IMG/VR virus record: IMGVR_UViG_3300028827_000129
Location: 96,001 to 160,000 of that record
Direction: 5' to 3' (one strand)
Length of the DNA: 64,000 nucleotides
DNA from: a virus
Shown in pieces: positions 28,282 through 38,332 of this stretch (the stretch's first letter is position 1; each line of letters starts with the position of its first letter). The translations under genes and the position numbers were made by a program. The notes under the pieces are model-generated. The model did no database searches. It saw only the letters and a program-made list of their open reading frames with translations, and was not told where the DNA came from.

Positions 28282-30234
28282 ATGGCTTTAGTTGGGCTTG
28301 GAGGAAATACTTCTGCTCTTGCATCTAATTCTGGCCTATTAATTAATTTCGGCAAAATTAGTGGAGATGTTTATGGTCTAGGGAATATAAATGGTGCTTT
28401 AAAGATTTCGTTGGTTGGATCTGTTTCTGCTTCAGGTGATATAGAGACGGCAACCGGCGGCCTTGGGTCTGTAGTAGCTCTTGATCAAGGGCAGACGCAG
28501 GCCTTTTTATTTATAGATGGCATAGTTAGGAAGAATGAATTTTATAATATTGATGGTGCCGTTAAGGCCACTAGCAACACAGATGCGTCTCAAAGTGTAA
28601 AGCTATTTATTCAAAATAATACCTTTTATGGCACTTCTAGAGCTATTTGTAGATATTTAAGGTCTGGCGAATTTACATCGTGGAGCTTAAATGATGTACC
28701 GCAAAATAAATTGAGTGGTGTCAGCAAAGGTCTCCATAGATCTACATCAGTTTATATTAATGGGAATGGTTCATTAAATAATGGCTGGCAACTGACAGAT
28801 ATTTATAGCAAAAATGACGGCAGCAGTATAGTTGTATCAGAAAGTAGCAATACTCCTGGATTCACAGTAGAGATTCTATTTTCTGATGTTAAATACTTTG
28901 ATTCCGTAGCTGCATATGTTTATTATGACGGCACAAGTGGGCATAATATTAATGTAGATATTTATGACTATTCTCAGTCTTTGTGGCATAATTTAGGAAG
29001 CTTTTCTGACCAAAGTTCTTTTACTGATTTAAGCTATCAAATACAGAATTGTAGCGACTATATTAGTTCAAGTGGCACAGTATTACTTAGGTTCAATCAT
29101 TCATCTACCGGCGATAATACACATACGTTGTCTATAGACTTTGTTGTTCTAGGAGATTCGTCTGATACGGTCCTTGAATGTGACAGTAATGCTTTAGGAT
29201 ATTTTGGCGCAACTAGTGCGCATCAAAATATCGGAGGCAAATGGTATTGGGAAATATATATAGATAGAATAGGCGGTAGCCAAGAAATAAGTGTAGGAGT
29301 TGTAAACAAAGATTTCTTATTTAATGGACATGTTGGAGTATCAAGCGCTAGCTGGGGATACATAGCTAAAACAGGTAATTCCTATCATGACTCAGTGTTG
29401 TCGGCATATGGTCAGACTTTTACCGAGGGTGATGTTGTTATGGTCGCCCTGGATGCTGATAATCATAAGATATGGTTTGGTAAGAACGGGGTATGGCAAA
29501 ATGGTGGTGACCCGAGCAATGGCATCAATGAAGCATTTAACGATGTCAGTGGAGAAATATATGCAGCCGTTGTTTTCAGAGAACAAGACGATAAAGTTAC
29601 CGCAAACTTTGGTTCTGGTGTATTATCTTTTGTATATTCACCTCCAACAGGATTTAATGCTGGGTTTATAGGAGAGCCTCCATTTGAATATCTAGATAGC
29701 AACGTAGCTTCATTAGGTGGGATTTATTCTGATAGAATATTTATTGATTATAGTATTGGTGGTGATGTTTCTGCATCTGGGTATTTTTTTGATACTAATG
29801 CTAGGCCGCTTGGAGAGGCTGCTACTAGTGCTACTGCTAGTTTTGAACCTGCGCTTGGTAAAATTTTTACTTTAGGGTTATCAGAAACAGCTTCTATATG
29901 CAATGGTGATGGAGCTTTAGGTCTATCAATTAATCTTATTAATGGCTTTGTTACATCAAATGCTTCTACTCTTGGGGACTTGGGGCTTTTTGGGGCATAT
30001 ATATTACGTAGTTCTTCATTAGCTTCTTATAAACTTGGCGAAGCTTACTTATTTAGTAGTAGTACTACTCAGCTATCTGGAGGGACGTCGTTCCTTGTAT
30101 GTAAACCATCAATTAGCAATATTAAAACTGGTATTTTAGACAGGATTTATACTTTTGAAAAGCAATTAGATATTGCTGGAGATTTTAAGTTTATTAATAG
30201 AGACAAATATTCTGGTAAAGATCAAAAGTTTTAG
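28282..30234 (+). CDS. SPRY/B30.2-domain virion (fibre/adhesin) protein
   Basis: GKWYWEIYID...ISVGVV...SWGY...GDVVMVALDADNHKIWFGKNG...VTANFG, flanked by Gly/Ser/Ala-rich segments. Confidence 0.75.
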   Translation: MALVGLGGNTSALASNSGLLINFGKISGDVYGLGNINGALKISLVGSVSASGDIETATGGLGSVVALDQGQTQAFLFIDGIVRKNEFYNIDGAVKATSNTDASQSVKLFIQNNTFYGTSRAICRYLRSGEFTSWSLNDVPQNKLSGVSKGLHRSTSVYINGNGSLNNGWQLTDIYSKNDGSSIVVSESSNTPGFTVEILFSDVKYFDSVAAYVYYDGTSGHNINVDIYDYSQSLWHNLGSFSDQSSFTDLSYQIQNCSDYISSSGTVLLRFNHSSTGDNTHTLSIDFVVLGDSSDTVLECDSNALGYFGATSAHQNIGGKWYWEIYIDRIGGSQEISVGVVNKDFLFNGHVGVSSASWGYIAKTGNSYHDSVLSAYGQTFTEGDVVMVALDADNHKIWFGKNGVWQNGGDPSNGINEAFNDVSGEIYAAVVFREQDDKVTANFGSGVLSFVYSPPTGFNAGFIGEPPFEYLDSNVASLGGIYSDRIFIDYSIGGDVSASGYFFDTNARPLGEAATSATASFEPALGKIFTLGLSETASICNGDGALGLSINLINGFVTSNASTLGDLGLFGAYILRSSSLASYKLGEAYLFSSSTTQLSGGTSFLVCKPSISNIKTGILDRIYTFEKQLDIAGDFKFINRDKYSGKDQKF

Positions 30235-30243
30235 GGGAATATT

Positions 30244-31788
30244 ATGGAATACTCTGTTTTAACAGAAAAGGCATTATCTATTTACCCTGATTGGGTTAAT
30301 ACGTCTAAGAATAGTGCTATTTTTCAATTTTTGATGCCAGCATTGAATGAAGTAGAAGCGTTGCGCGCACAATCAGTTAGACTTATTGAAGATAGGTTTT
30401 TAACTGAGTGTAATATTGATGAGCTGGATTGGGTCTATAAACTTGACCTTGGTTTTGATTTTGAGTTTAAAAACCAAAAAGTTCAACATTATATTGATGA
30501 TGATAGCTATATTAAAATCCAAGCACCAGTTGTTATTGCTGATGGGGTTCATTTGGATGTAGTGGATACTTCTAATATAGGGGCATTTTTTTATGCTTAC
30601 CCATCTAGGGCTGTAAAGCAAAAAATAAGCAGTGGCCTTAATAAGGTTACTTTAAATAGTACATCAAATGGCTATGTTTTATATGATTCAGAGTTGAATA
30701 TTTATAATAAACCAATTTACTTTACATTAAAAGACAATAATGGTGCGATATTTGATCGTGAAGATAGATTAAGGATTTATATCCATGGCGAAAGGCATGA
30801 TGGATTAGAAATTAAAGAAGTACTTATGCCACTGTCTAATGGCGTCTATAAAACATCTTACGCATATTCAGTTGTTAAAAGTATAGAGATAGAACACTTT
30901 TATAGCGGCACAATTATTATAGAGGATTATTTGCAGGCTAAAGATGTTTTAATCTTTAAAGATATGTCAAGATATTTTAACTCAGGTTATTATTATAAAG
31001 TAGCAAATAGGAACGGGGCTGTTTTTTTAGATTACATGATAAAAAATACCAATAAAGAAGGTTCTTTATTGGAATATACAACCAAATATACAATGCAACT
31101 TTATGATGATTCTGGGATGCCGCTTGTAGCATATAATGCTTATGACATAGATTATAAGCGCGGCTTGGTGTATCTAATCACGCATAACAATAATGTATAT
31201 ATGTTTTCTTTAAATAGGCAATATTTTGACCCAGATCGTGTTAGAGATTTAAACAAAAGAACAACTGATCGATATTCTATTATCGATGTGGATGAACACT
31301 TCCCTTATCAGATTGGCGATTCTGCTCATATTAGTGTAAGATCTAAAAACATTGATAATCTTGATGGTTTAAGGTTATGGGTTAAATCACCATCTGGAGC
31401 CAAGACATATCTGAACAATGGAGATATTATATCTGTAAACTCATCTCAGCGATCTACTTACAATTTTGACATTTCTTTAGACGATACTGCTGGGACATAT
31501 ACAATTTATTGCGAATTTTACTATGCTAATAAAAAAGAATTGGATGTTGTAAATCTTGAAGTAGGATACAAAACACCGATAAATGTTTTTAAGGGGCTTG
31601 ACAGAACATATGACGGCCAAGACCCTTCTTATCTTGAAGTTCTTGAGGATGGTAATTTAGTAATAAAAAATACAAATAATGTTGTAGACTATTTCGTGTT
31701 TTATTATGATGTCGCTATGGTCGACGTAGATTCTAAGATACTTTATTTGAGAGATAAATACAATACAGTCAATGTGAGGACAGAGTAA
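30244..31788 (+). CDS. Hypothetical baseplate-region protein
   Basis: 514-aa ORF in the structural operon. Confidence 0.5.
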   Translation: MEYSVLTEKALSIYPDWVNTSKNSAIFQFLMPALNEVEALRAQSVRLIEDRFLTECNIDELDWVYKLDLGFDFEFKNQKVQHYIDDDSYIKIQAPVVIADGVHLDVVDTSNIGAFFYAYPSRAVKQKISSGLNKVTLNSTSNGYVLYDSELNIYNKPIYFTLKDNNGAIFDREDRLRIYIHGERHDGLEIKEVLMPLSNGVYKTSYAYSVVKSIEIEHFYSGTIIIEDYLQAKDVLIFKDMSRYFNSGYYYKVANRNGAVFLDYMIKNTNKEGSLLEYTTKYTMQLYDDSGMPLVAYNAYDIDYKRGLVYLITHNNNVYMFSLNRQYFDPDRVRDLNKRTTDRYSIIDVDEHFPYQIGDSAHISVRSKNIDNLDGLRLWVKSPSGAKTYLNNGDIISVNSSQRSTYNFDISLDDTAGTYTIYCEFYYANKKELDVVNLEVGYKTPINVFKGLDRTYDGQDPSYLEVLEDGNLVIKNTNNVVDYFVFYYDVAMVDVDSKILYLRDKYNTVNVRTE

Positions 31789-31789
31789 A

Positions 31790-34700
31790 GTGGCAGTTAA
31801 TGAACGAGCTCCTGGGGTGTGGTTTTTTGACGACCCCCCTGTTTTGGAAATGTCGAATGCCAATTATCCTGGCATTGTTGACTGGACTACTGTTGATTTA
31901 TCTAGCATTGGAATCCCGTCCAATGCAACTTTTCTAATAGCCCGATTCTGGAGATTAAGAACAGATTTTGGCTCTATTGGCGTTCGTATCCCTGGTACAA
32001 CATATACACACACTGTAGGCATTTATACCTGTTTTACTCATAGATATGTGCCTGTTGTTAATAGTCAAATAGAGATTAAATCAACTGCTGGGGGAATTTA
32101 TGGCGGCTATCCATATATGGCTGTTATGGGGTATTTTACTTCAGATACTGCTACAATGTTTAGTGATCATGTAGAGTATCAAATGACTAATATTTCCTTT
32201 CAAACGTTTGATTTTAGTGGCATAGTTTCGCAAGATGCCGTCTTCTTAATTACTGACTTTTTTGTTATAGGCGGAGCAGGTAGAGGTTATATAAGGCCAG
32301 TAGGGTCGACACGTGAAGATTGGCAGCCAGCAGGTACCCCATCCAGTTTAATGGATTATGTTATCCCACTAGGGAGTAATAAGACTGTAGAAGTTGGGAG
32401 AGATCATGTAAGTAGTGATATTTTTGTAATTCCAAAGGGATACATCAATAAAGGTGTTGCTGAAGTTAATCCAGCGTTATTGCCGCTGCCTTCTGCTACT
32501 GATACGTATGAAAAAATAACGCCAACATACAGCACCTCTGCCCCTCCTAATGCTGTTTCACTGTTTAATATTTCTCCAGATTTAGATGGTGTATATTACA
32601 ATATTAGAAATACAGATCAGGTTAACTTTACTACAACTCGTAGGCGTTCTAGTTGGAGTACTGCTGTTGTTGCGCTTGATCAAAATAAAGAATTTGATCT
32701 ATCCTTAAGTAGGATAGATGTGCCATTTGATTATTATTCTTATGGCTTTATTGGGGCGAATGTTGTAGATCTTGGTTCTGGGTCTACGCTCGCTAGATGT
32801 AGCCAGGATTCTGAATTAAGAAAGGCTTATAAGGAATTTTCTGCACTTAGATCTTTTAATGATGTAGTATATCAGTTAAACATAGATTATGGTGCATTTA
32901 GTATCATATCCGATCCTGAAGAAATAAAGATTACTTCGGGGGCTTTTGCTGTTTATCCATCAATAAAACATACGAATATTAAGGCTTTTGATACAACTCT
33001 TTTTGTGGATCGTACTAATGTACCACCAAAAGATCAACACAAGTATACTGCATATGATATTGTAGAGCAATACAAGCCACCATATGGTGTAAGGACAGTT
33101 CCACTTGATTGGTCTGTTAACCCACCGGATGATGAGGTAAATACCCCAGTAAGAAACGATAACAATATTGTCCCAACGCCTGGTTTTGAATATGGGCATA
33201 ATACTGGAGGTGCTGTATGGGGAGGGCCAGGAAACCCAGAGGTGGAAACTTGGGAGATGCCTTTTCCTGTTCTGTTTTTTGGAAAGTATTATGACCAAAT
33301 TTATGTAGATGTTAATGGTAATATATGGTTCGATGAACCAACATCTCAGTATGGATTTGACTTAGCTACAATCAAACGTCCGGTTATTTGTGCGTGGAAT
33401 AATCATTTGACTACAAATTACAATGGTAGATTCACATTAAGTAAGTCCCCATATGATCCTAATGACCCATATATCGTGCCAGATAAAATTATTGTTGATT
33501 GGGTAGTTGAGACGTTTGACGGCGCATATGCTGGCAATGAGCACGTTATCCAATGGCACTTCCGTGTCACTTTTTATGATACTGGGAGAATCCAAATTTT
33601 ATATTGGCCTAAAACTTATACATCTCATGACAATAGACAGGCATTATACCCAGACGATGTCCCTCCGCCAGGTGATTTATGTAATTATCCTGTCTGGGGG
33701 TTAGATGGGATGTATGCTGCAGGAGTTGCAGATGGCAACGGCAACTATGTTTCACATGGCAAGTCTATGCGCGATTTTTATGGAAACCTCTATGAATATG
33801 GGATAAGAGAGGGCGATACACATCGCGCAGATACTCCTATAATTTATGCTTCTGAAATTGCTTCAGATCATATTTCTGTATACGGGACGCCATTTGATGA
33901 TATTCCTCCCACACATTCACATATAAAGACACAGTGGCAAATTTTTACAGGTTATTGGGACTATCAATATAACTTTTTTGTAATTGATGAAAATAACCCA
34001 TTGCAGGATTGGACTGTGTCTGCTGGAGAAGTCCCTGACTTAACTCAGTTTACATTTAGTCATTTAGATCCAGAGACTGATTATAAGGTCAGAGTTAGAT
34101 ATATGTGCGACAACCAAACTTGGTCAAAATGGAGCACTGCAAAGGTTTTTAGTACTCCTGATGTGAATCGCACAAATGCTACGGCTAATGTATCGGCTAC
34201 ATCAATGTCTTGGGTTTTAGCTTCTTTATATGGAACGTCTGAAGCAATTTCTAATACAGAGGCTTCTATGACGTATAGATTTTACCTTGGTGATAACTTC
34301 TATATGAATGCGAGGGGGTCTGCTTTTGCATATTTAGGGACAAGATTTGCTTTAGGCGATGCAAGTAGTCAGGCAAGAGCATCTAATAGGGGTTACATTT
34401 ATAGCAAAGTTTTAATGGATGGCGATGTGGCCGCCCGTAACGAATCAGTAATGAACACACAGCCTGTAATTGAGGATATAGCTGGGGCGTTATATGCGTC
34501 ATCGCAGACGGACTCTAAGCTTGGGCTTCATCACTATATCGCTGGTGACGCCGTAAGTAATTCTTATAATGTCATTGCTATTCATAAAGCCCTAGATGGC
34601 TTAGTCTCTGCTAACCTAGGCGCCTCTTTAAGAGTATATGAATGGCTTCAATATGGTTACCTTAATGGCCCGAATCCAGTTTCTGATTCTGTTCCTCCTA

Positions 34701-35332
34701 TTGATATTTCTAATTCATATGGGTATGCTAAACTTACTGACCTCGGGAATGAAAACTATAAATATGAAGTTAGTAGTACAGGTATAGATACAACAACAAG
34801 ATATCATAATGTCAGAGTACAATTGAAGAGTCAATATAATTATACCATACGAAGCAATTTTGACATACGTACTGACTACGATATTCAAGAGTCTAATATT
34901 TCTGATCTAGCGTATAATATCTTTTTACGCATATCATTGTCATTTTATGGGTATCAAACCGATGGTTATACTCATTCTATTGTATTTGAAAAGTATAATA
35001 ACAGCAGCGATGGCGAACATCACTGTAGGGCATTCGCCAGTAGGACACCATATCAGCAGATTTGGTCGTATGACTTAATAAATACAGCAACAGTTGGCTC
35101 ACTTAGAATTGTACGAACTTATAATTATACCCCTGGTGTTAACGATTTATATGAATTTTATGTTGGTAATACTTCTGGTTATTGGACATTGTTTAGTTCA
35201 TTCTTAGCAGATCACTCACTTTTTGGACCAGAGGCAACTTCTGACTTAATGTTTGTTAGTTATACACCTTCTGATAGTGGGCCAAATACGCTTGTAACTA
35301 TAGGGTCGAATTTCAAGCTTGACTACTGGTAA
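31790..35332 (+). CDS. Multidomain receptor-binding/fibre protein (nidogen-like and FN3 modules)
   Basis: MPFPVLFFGKYYDQIYVDVNGNIWF is NIDO-like; HLDPETDYKVRVRY...WSKWS...FST is FN3-like; Ala/Ser-rich linker. Confidence 0.6.
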   Translation: MAVNERAPGVWFFDDPPVLEMSNANYPGIVDWTTVDLSSIGIPSNATFLIARFWRLRTDFGSIGVRIPGTTYTHTVGIYTCFTHRYVPVVNSQIEIKSTAGGIYGGYPYMAVMGYFTSDTATMFSDHVEYQMTNISFQTFDFSGIVSQDAVFLITDFFVIGGAGRGYIRPVGSTREDWQPAGTPSSLMDYVIPLGSNKTVEVGRDHVSSDIFVIPKGYINKGVAEVNPALLPLPSATDTYEKITPTYSTSAPPNAVSLFNISPDLDGVYYNIRNTDQVNFTTTRRRSSWSTAVVALDQNKEFDLSLSRIDVPFDYYSYGFIGANVVDLGSGSTLARCSQDSELRKAYKEFSALRSFNDVVYQLNIDYGAFSIISDPEEIKITSGAFAVYPSIKHTNIKAFDTTLFVDRTNVPPKDQHKYTAYDIVEQYKPPYGVRTVPLDWSVNPPDDEVNTPVRNDNNIVPTPGFEYGHNTGGAVWGGPGNPEVETWEMPFPVLFFGKYYDQIYVDVNGNIWFDEPTSQYGFDLATIKRPVICAWNNHLTTNYNGRFTLSKSPYDPNDPYIVPDKIIVDWVVETFDGAYAGNEHVIQWHFRVTFYDTGRIQILYWPKTYTSHDNRQALYPDDVPPPGDLCNYPVWGLDGMYAAGVADGNGNYVSHGKSMRDFYGNLYEYGIREGDTHRADTPIIYASEIASDHISVYGTPFDDIPPTHSHIKTQWQIFTGYWDYQYNFFVIDENNPLQDWTVSAGEVPDLTQFTFSHLDPETDYKVRVRYMCDNQTWSKWSTAKVFSTPDVNRTNATANVSATSMSWVLASLYGTSEAISNTEASMTYRFYLGDNFYMNARGSAFAYLGTRFALGDASSQARASNRGYIYSKVLMDGDVAARNESVMNTQPVIEDIAGALYASSQTDSKLGLHHYIAGDAVSNSYNVIAIHKALDGLVSANLGASLRVYEWLQYGYLNGPNPVSDSVPPIDISNSYGYAKLTDLGNENYKYEVSSTGIDTTTRYHNVRVQLKSQYNYTIRSNFDIRTDYDIQESNISDLAYNIFLRISLSFYGYQTDGYTHSIVFEKYNNSSDGEHHCRAFASRTPYQQIWSYDLINTATVGSLRIVRTYNYTPGVNDLYEFYVGNTSGYWTLFSSFLADHSLFGPEATSDLMFVSYTPSDSGPNTLVTIGSNFKLDYW

Positions 35333-35338
35333 TGGTAT

Positions 35339-35348
35339 CTATAATATA
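35339..35348 (+). promoter_or_regulatory. CTATAATATA motif (candidate late promoter)
   Basis: Sits in the 21-nt gap before the 35354 gene. Confidence 0.5.
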
Positions 35349-35353
35349 TTAAG

Positions 35354-36181
35354 ATGAGCCAAAAGACCTTTAACATAACAATAGATTTATTAGAGCAAGC
35401 CTGGAATTCTTTGGACGAGTATGGGCTTCTATTGGACACACCAAGGATTCTTGGTGAAAATAATGCAGATTATAAGAAAAGGTTGCTGGAAGTTTTTTCG
35501 CTTCGTGCTGGCTCAGCATATAACCCGCTCTTAAATGGTATTTTGAGAGATTTTGGGCTATCAAAATATAAGGCATTTACAATAGACTGGGCGGGTTCTT
35601 CGTCTAATTACAGTTGGTATATAAAAGCCATAGACGATGTAATGTATTTTTATAGTGATAAAAATACATTACAAGGTTTCATTAATTTAAGGCGCGACAG
35701 TTGGTTTACTGTTACAGATTTAGTTAATGAAATAAACAATAGTACATCCTTGACTTTTTCTGCAACACCTGTAAGTGGGGCTGATATAGATATTCCAGCC
35801 TACTGTATTCCTGCTCAAAATTCGTTAGAATATGTTTTGAGTGCTGTGCCGGCATCTTCTGTTTTTGAAATACAATATGAATATGTAGATTTTGATACGT
35901 TATTTTTTTCAGAGAAGGACGTTTTCAATAAGCGCGTTGATGATATAAATGCTGATCTTGAGCCAGGAGATTATAGACTGAGCATAAATGTGGCGTCTGG
36001 AAAATTTTATACAAAAGTTGAAACCTTTACTCAACCAAGTGGCAAAGGCAAGATGGAATTCCGTTATCGTAAAATTCCATTTAATGTTATTGTAAGCCCG
36101 ATTTCTATTTCTAAGTTAGAAAACTATAAAAATAGTAGACAAATTATAAAAAGTGCTGCGCCAATTTTTTGGGGGAAATAG
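35354..36181 (+). CDS. Baseplate wedge-type protein
   Basis: NSLDEYGLLLDTPRILGENNADYKKRL matches the LD..G.....R..GE....Y..R wedge signature. Confidence 0.6.
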   Translation: MSQKTFNITIDLLEQAWNSLDEYGLLLDTPRILGENNADYKKRLLEVFSLRAGSAYNPLLNGILRDFGLSKYKAFTIDWAGSSSNYSWYIKAIDDVMYFYSDKNTLQGFINLRRDSWFTVTDLVNEINNSTSLTFSATPVSGADIDIPAYCIPAQNSLEYVLSAVPASSVFEIQYEYVDFDTLFFSEKDVFNKRVDDINADLEPGDYRLSINVASGKFYTKVETFTQPSGKGKMEFRYRKIPFNVIVSPISISKLENYKNSRQIIKSAAPIFWGK

Positions 36182-36184
36182 TTT

Positions 36185-38323
36185 GTGGCTAAATCAGTCC
36201 AACAAATATATAGAGTTAATCTGAATATTTATCAATCTGCTTCTAGAGAGACATCGCTGACCCCAGGAACATGGCAATGGGATACTGGCATTATGCTAGA
36301 TCCAAACTTATCGTTTAGCACATTTGAGTCGAAGTGGGATTATAATGTCAAATCAATTAATAAAGAATTCTGGGTCAATGGTATTGATAGTTTAGATAGT
36401 TTTACTATCATTGGCCAAGCAGATGTTTTTGCAGATAATAAGAGTATTTCAACAAAAAAAATAAGCAGTGGTGTGATAAGACGTTTTGGTGCGGAATGGG
36501 TAGTGCCAGGCGATGATGCATCTTTTGTAACAGCCAATAATGCTACAAAAGATATAGATAATATTTGGAAAGTTTATTTAGATAAGCCAATTAAAGACAA
36601 CGAAAATGTTTATGTAACATTATATGGAACCTCTAATGAAACAGCATATTTTAGAGTCAATTACTTTACTGGAGTATTGGATGCAGATGGGCAAGAGCAA
36701 GTAAATATTGACAATTCCGGAGAAGTTATCGACTATAACATCGCAAATGCCGACACAACTAAGCGTGAATTTGTAGTAGTTAAGAATAGAGATTTTGAGA
36801 CTGAATTATGGCTTGGAATACATGATCCTGCAGAAAACCCAATTACCATTACATTGACAGAGCCATTCGTAACATCGCCTCGATTTGAATATAGTTGGCT
36901 GTTTAAAAAGCAAGTAACAACTACGCCGTCTGCGCCAGGAGAATATAGAATTCTTCCAAATACTCTTGAGTTCTTTTTAGGCGATTCAAATAACAATATC
37001 CCCTCTGGAGAGAAGATAGATTGCGGACATTTTTATTATCACAAAAATTATCCTGTAGAAGTCTTATTTGCATCTGAGCCTACTAAACAAATCGGTACGC
37101 CTGGTGACGTTTTTAGCCTTGAAGAGATTGGTGTTTCTGATGCTTCTGCTAGTCAGCTATTTTCACTTAAAAATAGGCCAGTTGTTTTTATTAGTGGGAC
37201 AGAAGAGCCAAGGATTTGGGTTTATGATAATGACTTTTCAGGCGCGGTTGAATGGACTCGCGTAGACGACTTTAGTGGGTCTGGGCCGAATGATACGCAT
37301 TTTGTTTTTTATGAATCTATTGGGGCTATTATTTTCGGAGATGGGACTAATGGCAAGATTCCAGATGTAGGTATGCGGATTGGAGCATCTTATAAAACAT
37401 CTCCGATTATCTTTTATAATACAAAAGAAAGTATTGGCTACATTATACCTAGTGAGCTGAACTTTAACCCAATGTATAAAAGTGGCGGGGATTATTATAT
37501 AACTGTTACACCTAATGAGGATGCTTTGTTATCTACGCTGCGATTAGATATTGATATAGACAATCTCTTAGCTGCTGGTATACATGGGCCTCTATATTCA
37601 CCTTCATCTGTTGCTTTATTTTCCGTTACTGCATTATCTCATTCAGGAGATGCCATTTCTGATGTTGAAGTAATTTTATTTTCAGATTACAATATTGGCA
37701 ACTTGGATTTTACTACTAATATCATAGACGGTGTAGGTGGATCAACCAATGACAATGGGGTTGTGCAGTATTTATATAGTACTCCGTCAAACCCATTTAT
37801 GTTAGGCGAATTCGTAGATAATTCCTTAGTTAATACAACCGCCAATACGATAGAGGTGAATGACATAGGTCTATATTATATAGATAGCTATAATGATGTA
37901 TGGTCTTTCTTTGTAAATAACGATGATCCTTTACAGCCATGGTCTAATGAGGTTGCAACATCTGGCCGTTTTTATGCAATTTTAGATGGTTATTATAATA
38001 TGCAGCGACCTAATGGTGTCAACGGCAATGTAATACAGTACCCTGCAGGCTCATTAGCACAATATGATGATGTCAAATATAATCCGTCTTCAAGGGTTGG
38101 TGCATATGTTATAGCTCCGCGAGTTATGACATTTCAAGCTAAAGCATATAGTCCTATTTTTAACAAATATATTTATAGCAATAAAATTAAAGTACTTATA
38201 GCTGTAGAGCCTGGATATGCCAATGTGTTTGAGTTAGGTAAGTTACCGGGCCTTAATGGTATAACTTGGTTTGATCCTATGTTTGAAAGATCATATTTAA
38301 AATCTTCAACTAATGTAGTATAG
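36185..38323 (+). CDS. Baseplate protein (gp6/J-like insertion motif)
   Basis: GVSDASASQLFSL, WTRVDDFSGSGPNDTHF and IIFGDGTNGKIP. Confidence 0.6.
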   Translation: MAKSVQQIYRVNLNIYQSASRETSLTPGTWQWDTGIMLDPNLSFSTFESKWDYNVKSINKEFWVNGIDSLDSFTIIGQADVFADNKSISTKKISSGVIRRFGAEWVVPGDDASFVTANNATKDIDNIWKVYLDKPIKDNENVYVTLYGTSNETAYFRVNYFTGVLDADGQEQVNIDNSGEVIDYNIANADTTKREFVVVKNRDFETELWLGIHDPAENPITITLTEPFVTSPRFEYSWLFKKQVTTTPSAPGEYRILPNTLEFFLGDSNNNIPSGEKIDCGHFYYHKNYPVEVLFASEPTKQIGTPGDVFSLEEIGVSDASASQLFSLKNRPVVFISGTEEPRIWVYDNDFSGAVEWTRVDDFSGSGPNDTHFVFYESIGAIIFGDGTNGKIPDVGMRIGASYKTSPIIFYNTKESIGYIIPSELNFNPMYKSGGDYYITVTPNEDALLSTLRLDIDIDNLLAAGIHGPLYSPSSVALFSVTALSHSGDAISDVEVILFSDYNIGNLDFTTNIIDGVGGSTNDNGVVQYLYSTPSNPFMLGEFVDNSLVNTTANTIEVNDIGLYYIDSYNDVWSFFVNNDDPLQPWSNEVATSGRFYAILDGYYNMQRPNGVNGNVIQYPAGSLAQYDDVKYNPSSRVGAYVIAPRVMTFQAKAYSPIFNKYIYSNKIKVLIAVEPGYANVFELGKLPGLNGITWFDPMFERSYLKSSTNVV

Positions 38324-38332
38324 GGGATAGCG

